Shown: one piece after another, positions 56,059 through 64,000 of the stretch
Position numbering within the stretch: the stretch's first letter is position 1
How the letters are laid out: the number at the start of each line of letters is the position of its first letter
Position numbers and translations under genes: made by a program
IMG/VR virus record: IMGVR_UViG_3300024262_000018
Location: 49,960 to 113,959 of that record
Direction: 5' to 3' (one strand)
DNA: 64,000 bases
Origin: a virus
The notes under the pieces: generated by a model
Database searches by the model: none
What the model saw: only the letters and a program-made list of their open reading frames with translations
What the model was told of the DNA's origin: nothing

Positions 56059-56949
56059 ATGGAAGATATTAATTCTCATTTATTAGATAAAGATATTTAT
56101 GTTATTTCTGATCTCCATATCGGAGACAAAAGTGATACTGACAACTTTCATTCGGTAGAAGATAGACTATTATCTTTTTTAGATTATTTCGAGAGTCTAG
56201 ATAATAGTGCTCTTATTTTAAATGGTGATGTATTTGAATTTTGGCAGTCTTCGCTCGCAGATGTTTTTTATAATAATTATCAATTGATACAAAGATTTAA
56301 AAAGAATAATGCTATTTTTATTGCAGGAAATCATGATTATGAGATGCTGACACTCGCCAAAATGCCACATGTTAAACAGCTTTTAAATCAAATTGTTCCC
56401 AGTATAACGCTAAACATTAATAATAAAGATATTAAAATATTGCATGGTCATGAGTTTGATCCATTCAATCAGCCTGGAAAAGCCGCCTTTACTGGCAGAA
56501 TGATGGCATTATTATTCGCCAATTTAGAAACCAGCAATCCAAGTTCTGGAATCGAAGGCTGGAACCAAAAATATATAGAACCGGTTATTAGACAGATAAT
56601 CTTAACTATATCTCTTTTATATAAAAAACTTTTTACTAACAATCCCAGGCTTAATGGCTGGTTAGATATCGCTTTGGAAGAATATCACAAAGAAAACCCA
56701 GATCAAATACTAATTGCCGGTCACATTCATAAGGCTGGTTGGTGGAATGATTTTTATGTTAATTCTGGGACTTGGCAAGAAGATGAAGATGCTCATTATA
56801 TTAAAATAGATACTTCAGGGAATGTTAAAGTTTTTCACTGGCCATCTCAAAAAGAAGTGACAAAACAAATAGATTTATACGGCTATATAAGTGAAACGGC
56901 AGTTAAGAACTTGTACTATAATCGTAATGATGATAAAAATCAGATATAA
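56059..56949 (+). CDS. calcineurin-like metallophosphoesterase (LpxH-like)
   Basis: SDLHIG, NGD, GNHD, HGH, GHIH, NSGTW. Confidence 0.88.
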   Translation: MEDINSHLLDKDIYVISDLHIGDKSDTDNFHSVEDRLLSFLDYFESLDNSALILNGDVFEFWQSSLADVFYNNYQLIQRFKKNNAIFIAGNHDYEMLTLAKMPHVKQLLNQIVPSITLNINNKDIKILHGHEFDPFNQPGKAAFTGRMMALLFANLETSNPSSGIEGWNQKYIEPVIRQIILTISLLYKKLFTNNPRLNGWLDIALEEYHKENPDQILIAGHIHKAGWWNDFYVNSGTWQEDEDAHYIKIDTSGNVKVFHWPSQKEVTKQIDLYGYISETAVKNLYYNRNDDKNQI

Positions 56950-57496
56950 AAAACCTATAGTTTCAAAGCAAAGAAAAAAGAAAAAGAATATTAAATTAGA
57001 TATAGAGCGAATGCCAGGTCGCGGGCCTGCGAACCATCAGAATTTTCAGGTCAATTATCTATTTGGATTAAATGACTTGTGTAAGAAATATTTATCAAAA
57101 GATAAAATAGTATTAGAATTAGGGTCGAATGAGGGAGTGAGTACTTCATTATTTTCTTTTTATTGTAAAAAAGTAGTAGCAGTAGACAGAATCAAAAAGA
57201 CTCAAATAGAAAAGATTGTATTAAAGAATAAAAATATAGAGTTCCACCATATGAACTTTTATGATTTTGCAAAAATATATACTAGTCGGAAATATGATTT
57301 AGTATATATCGATGGAGATCACGAATTCCAGTCAGTAAGCAAAGATATTAGAACTTTTTTGCCAAAAATAAAAAAAGATGGTTATATCTCAGGTCATGAT
57401 TTCTGGATTAAAGGCGTAGAAGATGCTGTTAATTTGATCTTTCCAAAACGTAAAATCGAGATATTCTCAGATAGCTCATGGCTGATAAAAATTTAA
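56927..57496 (+). CDS. SAM-dependent methyltransferase (Methyltransf_24-like)
   Basis: VLELGSNEGVS, YIDGDH, GYISGHDF. Confidence 0.85.
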   Translation: MMIKIRYKKPIVSKQRKKKKNIKLDIERMPGRGPANHQNFQVNYLFGLNDLCKKYLSKDKIVLELGSNEGVSTSLFSFYCKKVVAVDRIKKTQIEKIVLKNKNIEFHHMNFYDFAKIYTSRKYDLVYIDGDHEFQSVSKDIRTFLPKIKKDGYISGHDFWIKGVEDAVNLIFPKRKIEIFSDSSWLIKI

Positions 57497-57610
57497 TTTA
57501 TTTTTTACTAAACTTCCATCAAAAATTGTCGATTTATAATAATAGTCCTAAACCGACTTTAATTTACTAGAGTATTCAGTCGGTATACTCGCAAAATAGG
57601 AGAGTATAAC

Positions 57611-58423
57611 ATGGTGTACAAAGATCAATTCGTAGCAGTAATCAAAAATGGCGGTCAAATTCTTCGAGAGTCTCGCTCTGGACAAGAAGATGTTATTCAG
57701 CTTCCCTTTGGATCTGAATATTCAGTTCATCTAAAAAATCTGTCCTCAACCCGAGCAGCAGTTAGCGTTTCTATAGATAATGTAGATGTCCTAAACGGAC
57801 ATCGAATTGTCCTGGGAGCTAATGAAGCACATGATTTAGAAGGGTTTATGGAGAATGGCGTTGTAAAGAACAAATTTAAATTTATTCAAAAAACAAGAGA
57901 AATCGCGGAACATCGTGGAGATTTTATTGACGATGGAATAGTTAAAATTAGTTATCAATTCGAAAAACCAACTGTTTATCCTTGTATTAATGTAACAAGT
58001 CATTGGCCTTATCAAGACATTTGGAATAAAACATATGGCGGAACTGGAGATAGGCTTATTGGAGCCCATAGTTCTGGATCTGTATTAAGAGGGTTTGGGG
58101 GCGTCCAGGGGCAAAGCATGAGTAATAGCGTCGAATGCTTCGCCAAAAGCTTTACATCGGCTCCAGAGCCCCCACAGCCAGCACAGGACGAAGGAATAAC
58201 AGTCAAAGGCGGTCAGACCAATATTCAGTATAGCAATACTTATTTAAATGAGTTATTTCCAGAAGTTAAGGTTATAACGTTTAAGCTGGTAGGCGTCTCT
58301 AGAAACAATGTTAAACTCGCCAGACCAGTCACCGTTAGACAAAAGATTAACTGTCCTACTTGCGGTCGCAATAATAATTCAAGATATGATTTCTGTACTA
58401 ATTGTGGAACTTGCTTGAAATAA
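57611..58423 (+). CDS. hypothetical protein with C-terminal zinc ribbon
   Basis: AGGAG RBS; CPTCG...FCTNCG. Confidence 0.75.
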   Translation: MVYKDQFVAVIKNGGQILRESRSGQEDVIQLPFGSEYSVHLKNLSSTRAAVSVSIDNVDVLNGHRIVLGANEAHDLEGFMENGVVKNKFKFIQKTREIAEHRGDFIDDGIVKISYQFEKPTVYPCINVTSHWPYQDIWNKTYGGTGDRLIGAHSSGSVLRGFGGVQGQSMSNSVECFAKSFTSAPEPPQPAQDEGITVKGGQTNIQYSNTYLNELFPEVKVITFKLVGVSRNNVKLARPVTVRQKINCPTCGRNNNSRYDFCTNCGTCLK

Positions 58424-58435
58424 TTGTTTAAAAAG

Positions 58436-58469
58436 AAAATGGGCGAGAGAATATTCTCTCGCCCATTTT
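58436..58469. terminator. bidirectional terminator
   Basis: Perfect inverted repeat AAAATGGGCGAGAGAAT/ATTCTCTCGCCCATTTT between convergent genes. Confidence 0.88.
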
Positions 58470-58482
58470 TTATATAGATGTT

Positions 58483-60478
58483 TTAGACTGGATTAAACCC
58501 GCTTAGGTCGATTTCGGTTAACTGGTATCCACCTCCCAAAGTTGTCATCATTGTATTGATGTCGTCTTTAAAGTATGAGAAATTAGTACCAACAGGTCCA
58601 GCGCTAGTTATAACCGAAAGTAGGACAAGTTCGTCATTTATAATAATAAATATAGGGTTACCTGAATCTCCAGAAATAATAGTCTCATAGAATAAAGCTC
58701 TATCTGCATCTAGCGGAGTCGTACAAGATAATGTGGCATTTACCGATTCCGGTGGAACATAAAGTTTCCATGCATCAGAAACTAATATCTTTTCCTCTTG
58801 ATCTATATAAACGGCAGGAATACCCCATAAACTGTATTCCGCTGGTCCGGCTGCCCACGGAACATATTCGCTACCCGATGCTAGATAAGGAATAACATAA
58901 TCACGCCAATCTTGAGGTAATATCTTAGCAAAGGTTATCGAAGATGGAACATCGCTATCTAATACGCCAATGGCGATGTCTGGGTAATACGGAGCATAAT
59001 CAGGATGAATAATCATAGTATCCATCGTGCGTGTCACTACCGTGCCGTCAGCCTCTATGAAACGTATTGTACTACCATCAGGTATGGGCAAATGCCCAGC
59101 ACACGCAATATGTCTCGGGCTTATCATAACGCCCGCTTTCGTATAAAGCCCTGATGAATTCCAAGGACTAATACAGGTTAGATCCAAACCATATGCCCAA
59201 CAATTTGTATTTCTGACATACGTTGGAGTTCCATGATCCTGCGTAGAGTAAATCTCTTCGTCCTTAAGTGCTGATAAACGGGAATCAACATTATAAATCG
59301 CATCTACTCTTAAATCAGGCAAACCAGAACTTGAAGAGCTAGATTCCTCAGAACCACTGGAAGAGCTAGATATCCCTACTGAACTTGAACTAGATACTCC
59401 TATCGAACTTGAAGAACTAGATTCATTAGACCGACTAGAAGAACTAGAGATAGCCACCGAACTAGAACTTGATACTTCTAAAGAGCTAGAGGAACTAGAA
59501 ATTCCTACAGAACTCAAACTCGAATTACCTAAAGAGCTAGAAGAACTTGAGCTAGATACTCCTAATGAGCTAGAAGAACTAGATACTCCTAATGAGCTAG
59601 AAGAACTCGAAACTCCTAATGAACTTGAAGAACTTGAAGAACTAGAAGAACTAGAAACACCTACTGAGCTAGAGCTAGAAACTCCTAATGAGCTAGAAGA
59701 ACTAGAAATTTCTAATGAACTTGAACTAGATATTTCTAGAGAGCTTGACGAACTAGAGGATTCTGGTGGAGCTTGACGAACTAGAGGATTCTGGTGGAGA
59801 TATTTCAGTTATCTCGCTTATCCAGTCTTGCAATCCTGGAACTTGAGATTGATTAGAAATCAAATCAACTGTGCTGTTTCCAGAGACATATAAGTCTATC
59901 CAATCAAAAACCTGGGTATAAAAACTTTTATTATTTAAGCGAATCCTGAACTTCCATTCTATTTTGGAAACTAAATTTAGCAAATCACTGGGAGGCATGC
60001 CCAAATGAGCCGTAGGCAAGATAAAGGGTCCATCGTAGCCCAAGTTAGATAATGCTGCCAGGAACTCGCTATTGTTCATTAAAATATAGAATATGTCATA
60101 ATAAGAAAAGATATCCGAGGTAGTTATGTCTTCCTCATCAACTAGAGTCTCTTGACAGACCGCTTTATAATAATCTATAGTTTCTCCATTTTTAAAATTA
60201 ATTCGAGTATCAAAAGAAAATAATGGATAATCATCTACAGCGTATATAATTATTGGCTCATCGTTTATACGAATTCTTAATAGATCTGGGCTAGTTAATA
60301 ACGAATAAGATTTCGTATAATAACGTCGATTTGTGAGCATTTTAAAACTGACTTTAGATGTTAAAAATGTTCCGAAGACCTTCGTGCTATGAGGTTGAAT
60401 AATTACACTATCGGGGTTAATGACGAGTGAAGCGTCATAATTTATAATATCTATGAAAGTTTGTATAAAATCTGGCAT
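58483..60478 (-). CDS. Ser-rich trypsin-like protease-domain protein, frameshifted by a 28-bp tandem duplication
   Basis: Removing one repeat copy (59741-59796) gives a single 655-aa frame; ISPRHIACAGH / YPDIAIG / SGDSGNP; paralog of 36706..38898. Confidence 0.75.
59741..59796. repeat. exact 28-bp tandem duplication
   Basis: GAGCTTGACGAACTAGAGGATTCTGGTG x2. Confidence 0.95.
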
Positions 60479-60479
60479 T

Positions 60480-60947
60480 CTAGTCTAATGCGTCCCTAAA
60501 CCAAGAAACTTCTAGTAAATCTTCTGGATTTTTATCTGCCCGATCTAGGGCCTTTGTAATCTCGTGATCAGTAAATAGTAAAGATATATTATCTCCATTG
60601 AGTTCTACACGAATATGATTATATGTTTTAGCTGCGGCAGAAAACTTTTTCTGGTTTTTAACTCTTTGTAAATCTGCTAGCCGCTCTTCGTCAATGACTT
60701 CAGTTTGTAAAGTTTCCCATAGCCATGATGTTTCTGGGAGGTCTTCTGGGTTCCTGCTTGCACGGTACTTCGCTCTTTTGATTGTAGCATCTGTGAATAA
60801 TAAATGTCTCTCATCACCTTCAGGGAATTGAACTCTGATATGATTGTATTTATAAGCAGCTAATTTGTGTTTTTTTGTATTGTCAACTTCTGTCAAGTCG
60901 CCTATACGTTTAACAACAATTTTTTCACCTGTAATATTGATAGCCAT
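60480..60947 (-). CDS. hypothetical protein with internal duplication
   Basis: YNHIRV...LLFTD..I..A..RA..NPEDL...SW occurs twice. Confidence 0.75.
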   Translation of the reverse strand: MAINITGEKIVVKRIGDLTEVDNTKKHKLAAYKYNHIRVQFPEGDERHLLFTDATIKRAKYRASRNPEDLPETSWLWETLQTEVIDEERLADLQRVKNQKKFSAAAKTYNHIRVELNGDNISLLFTDHEITKALDRADKNPEDLLEVSWFRDALD

Positions 60948-60958
60948 AACATTTTCTC

Positions 60959-61198
60959 CTATTTTAAGAATATGCTGAAATTGGACTTGCCAGGAAATTC
61001 AGCTTCCTCTTGTAACATTTTTATTATCTTTTCTTTATGATCAAATGTAGTTTTTAATATTATTTCTCTCGCATAGCTGTCATAAACTAATTTTATTTGA
61101 AAATTAAAATCGCTTTGATCTATAGCAGAAACGATAATAATATCTCCGTCTTCCGATTGATACACTTCACCATCAGTTTTAACTTTCCACCATTTCAT
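60959..61198 (-). CDS. hypothetical protein
   Basis: Short ORF in the minus-strand run. Confidence 0.55.
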   Translation of the reverse strand: MKWWKVKTDGEVYQSEDGDIIIVSAIDQSDFNFQIKLVYDSYAREIILKTTFDHKEKIIKMLQEEAEFPGKSNFSIFLK

Positions 61199-61202
61199 TC
61201 CA

Positions 61203-61667
61203 TTATCCTATCATAATAATAAGAAAATCTGGATTCTTCGTGATATAACCGGTGGCAAATGAATATATCTTATTTAAATCTTGTTCTTTTACGCAAGACG
61301 CAGTATTAACTATGATATAGTTTATATCAGGGATGCCACGAAAATCCTCAATACTGTATGCTGTTGCCAAACGATAATTAGAAAAAGAACGATTATTATC
61401 TTTAAAATATCTAGATTGATGTATGGTCGGATGAACTATCATAAATTGTTTATCCGAATTCTCCTCTATCATTTTTCGAATACAAGAGTCATGGCCTGAG
61501 CGTCTAGCGGCTTGAAGTCTAATTGTGCAAAAATCTCTTAGCCAAACAATATCTCCAATGAGTTCTTGTTGATGTTGTTTTTTTATAATCTGGGTAACAT
61601 CTATCAAATTTTCTAAGGCGGCATATAGCATTGAAACTGTATCTACTGTATCTTTCAAAGTTCTCAT
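61203..61667 (-). CDS. hypothetical protein
   Basis: AGGAG RBS. Confidence 0.65.
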   Translation of the reverse strand: MRTLKDTVDTVSMLYAALENLIDVTQIIKKQHQQELIGDIVWLRDFCTIRLQAARRSGHDSCIRKMIEENSDKQFMIVHPTIHQSRYFKDNNRSFSNYRLATAYSIEDFRGIPDINYIIVNTASCVKEQDLNKIYSFATGYITKNPDFLIIMIG

Positions 61668-61711
61668 TTTTTTCTCCTATCTTTCTTCTATTATATCGGT
61701 TTTTCCACAAA

Positions 61712-61740
61712 AAAAAGGCGACTTTAAAAGTCGCCTTTTT
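61712..61740 (-). terminator. intrinsic terminator
   Basis: AAAAAGGCGACTT-TAA-AAGTCGCCTTTTT, with a long A-run on the + strand. Confidence 0.85.
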
Positions 61741-61752
61741 AATAACTATTTA

Positions 61753-63723
61753 TTATTCTACATAAGTATTGCTAATGTCATATCCTGCGTCAGAACTTAA
61801 AGTCTGCCATGTTGAGCTAATAAGTAGCCCTAGATTATCAGCAAAATACTCGTTGATATCTTCATATGAACCTCTTACAATAACATGATTATTCAATGCC
61901 GTAACAGCAGGCATTAACCCAGAAGGAGTCTCAACAAAATTAGCTGTGATTAAATATGTGCTCCAATATTTAGCAAGTAAGTCAACCTCTTGCGCCAACT
62001 CATTTAATGTAATAACGTGATAAACCGCATCAAATAGATCTCCATTCGCTAAGAGTTCTTTATCTCTTGCTCCAGCGTAATAATCTGATATAATCTTGTA
62101 GTCGGCAGCATTAATTAAACCTAAAATTGCGCCATCAGAGAAAATAACATTTACGTTTCCACCCGAGTCGGTACTTGTATAGGCTAACAACGGGCTTGCA
62201 GAAGACATGTCTAAATCGGAGATGACTCCCTGATAAACTCTACCAGAGATGTTCTCGTTACTAGCCGCTACAAATCCTGTTCCAACTAGCGTTCCCCCAT
62301 TCATATATAGATTACTATCCCCAAAGTCTATACCGCTCAAGAGGTTATCTGCATGTCCTCTAGCGATACTTCCAATCTCGCAGGTTCCTGATAGAACAAT
62401 TTTACCAGACAGGTTTGCCGCTCCTGCTCCACCAAGAACAAGACTATTTAGATCACATCCATCTGTTCTTATAACCCCTACAGTTCCAGCCAAACCAGAC
62501 TGAATTCTAGTAGATCCAGATATATTAAATACTCCAGTTTGTGTCAAAACAGAGCCGTCAGAAGTAAATATTAAAGACGGTCCTCTAAGCGGTAAACTAT
62601 TTCCTACGTCTGTATTCAGGTTAACTGCTAAAGCTGATTGAATTGTTCCCTCTAAGTCTGCAAAATCATTTACAGGGTTTTGAAAAATAATAGTATTGCC
62701 GGTTACTACGGCACCGGCAGGAACTTCTGCTCTTAGGCACCTTGCATCTGCTGCTAGTGTTAATGTAATAGCAGCATCAATGTCCATCTGGTCTAAAACA
62801 ATATCTGTGTCAGTTAATGTCCAAGTTCCATTATCTTTTTGTGTGACAGCTCCTGTATTTGTCCAATCACTAGTATTGACAGCAGATATGTCCCCATACA
62901 AATTTATGCCAAAACTATCGCCATCAAGACTACTTAAGGCAGTAATGCTCAATTCTTGAATCGCCGGTTTATCGAGCATTGTTATAGCGTCATTTACAAC
63001 AAAATATAAATATGTGCTATCCCCGCCATCAAAAAATACACTAGAAGTTCCATCTATATCAAGTTCTAAAGCCCCTGTTAATGTCCAAGTTATATTATTT
63101 TCAGCAACATTAAAATCTCCAGAACAAGTAATAAACCCAAGAACTCCGACTATTTCTGATGCTCCTGTAGTAACAAAAGATCCAACGTCTAGCTCTCCAC
63201 CCCCGTCCAGTTCTACAATAGATCCTGCTTCAGCAGTAAAGGCATTAGTAACCTCAAACAAACTACTACAATCAAGATAACCACTATTGGTGCAAGTTGT
63301 TGCCCCGCCGCCAGGGGCTGAAATAACAAGAAAGCCGCCGGACGAGATGATTATATTGGTAAAGACCATCGGCGCACTATTTCTTACCATTCCGTTAGTT
63401 ATAGTTAAGTCGGCTCCAGAAACAGTATTAGCCAAAAAAATTTCAGTAGCCGCAGAATTTATGGTTAAGTCATTTATCCCAATATTTGTATCTAATGTTC
63501 CTCCAGTATAAAGTCCTGTAATTTGAACGTCGAAACTACCCCCGAAAGGAACATTCGCTGTTGGGATGGAATTATCAAGATCTCCAGTATATCCAGTTTC
63601 ACCTCCATCAAAAATAATAGTGTCTCCAATTACCGGCCCGCCAACTGGAGCTGCCGGGTTCCAATCGGCTTGAACCGCCCAATCTCGCCCACCACTAGTA
63701 TTTAACCATGTATATGTAGCCAT
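61753..63723 (-). CDS. large acidic beta-rich protein, probable virion structural/fibre protein
   Basis: MATYTW...DW..QADWNP N-terminus; Gly/Thr/Asp-rich beta-helix-like composition. Confidence 0.55.
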   Translation of the reverse strand: MATYTWLNTSGGRDWAVQADWNPAAPVGGPVIGDTIIFDGGETGYTGDLDNSIPTANVPFGGSFDVQITGLYTGGTLDTNIGINDLTINSAATEIFLANTVSGADLTITNGMVRNSAPMVFTNIIISSGGFLVISAPGGGATTCTNSGYLDCSSLFEVTNAFTAEAGSIVELDGGGELDVGSFVTTGASEIVGVLGFITCSGDFNVAENNITWTLTGALELDIDGTSSVFFDGGDSTYLYFVVNDAITMLDKPAIQELSITALSSLDGDSFGINLYGDISAVNTSDWTNTGAVTQKDNGTWTLTDTDIVLDQMDIDAAITLTLAADARCLRAEVPAGAVVTGNTIIFQNPVNDFADLEGTIQSALAVNLNTDVGNSLPLRGPSLIFTSDGSVLTQTGVFNISGSTRIQSGLAGTVGVIRTDGCDLNSLVLGGAGAANLSGKIVLSGTCEIGSIARGHADNLLSGIDFGDSNLYMNGGTLVGTGFVAASNENISGRVYQGVISDLDMSSASPLLAYTSTDSGGNVNVIFSDGAILGLINAADYKIISDYYAGARDKELLANGDLFDAVYHVITLNELAQEVDLLAKYWSTYLITANFVETPSGLMPAVTALNNHVIVRGSYEDINEYFADNLGLLISSTWQTLSSDAGYDISNTYVE

Positions 63724-63740
63724 TTATGTTAACTCCTGTA

Positions 63741-63950
63741 TTATTCTATTATCTCTATAACGTCTCTTGATATAGGAAGAGCTCTTACTTTAACTTTTAT
63801 ACTGGAGATATTGTCGCCAGTAACATTTGTATCTATTTCCATAAGATCATGAGTGCTTCCATCTGGCATTGTTATTTTAACGGTTGCAGTTCCAGATTGT
63901 TCACAAAAAATATTTGCATTTCCTCTACAATCTAAACGGTTTGTTGTCAT
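63741..63950 (-). CDS. hypothetical protein
   Basis: 69 aa ORF. Confidence 0.5.
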   Translation of the reverse strand: MTTNRLDCRGNANIFCEQSGTATVKITMPDGSTHDLMEIDTNVTGDNISSIKVKVRALPISRDVIEIIE

Positions 63951-64000
63951 TTGCGTTTTTAGTTTTTTGCTAATTGTCGTTATTCGTTGTACTTTTGCTT

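Noticed and set aside
1-64000. Genome-wide TAG or TGA reassignment (codes 15, 4, 25) suggested by the CTA tRNA and the in-frame TGA
   Set aside because: Long genes are intact in code 11, and TAG and TGA end genes at natural C-termini (e.g. dut 35380, vWA 20512, 5526, 12395).

Overview
AT-rich, gene-dense segment of a large (jumbo/huge) bacteriophage genome, read in standard code 11. Core-like content: SNF2-type helicase and class II ribonucleotide reductase (each with an intein), dUTPase, FliA/WhiG sigma factor, AAA ATPase, several homing endonucleases, glycosyltransferases, a nicotinamidase-vWA-PP2C-kinase (TerY-P-like) operon, CoaB/CoaC, Ser-rich protease-domain proteins and more than 30 tRNA or tRNA-like genes. 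The host is tentatively Planctomycetota (LEPR-xLL protein, FliA/WhiG type). Main result: each of the two large tRNA arrays is preceded by a sigma70 promoter, a short leader ORF absent from the ORF track, and alternative terminator/antiterminator hairpins. The amino acids in each leader match the tRNAs of its own array (Leu/Ser/Tyr/Cys/Gly versus Met/Lys/Arg/Phe/His/Ile/Asn/Val/Glu/Thr/Trp). This suggests ribosome-stalling attenuators that switch phage tRNAs on when the matching host tRNAs are depleted. A second hidden module is an amber-suppressor tRNA directly followed by a Pth2-like peptidyl-tRNA hydrolase gene with TAG at codon 3. Also seen: a candidate secreted selenoprotein (in-frame TGA plus SECIS-like hairpin), a Pro-start class 3 intein, and homing-endonuclease insertions that replaced the 3' ends of neighbouring genes. 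All calls were made by eye, with no database searches.
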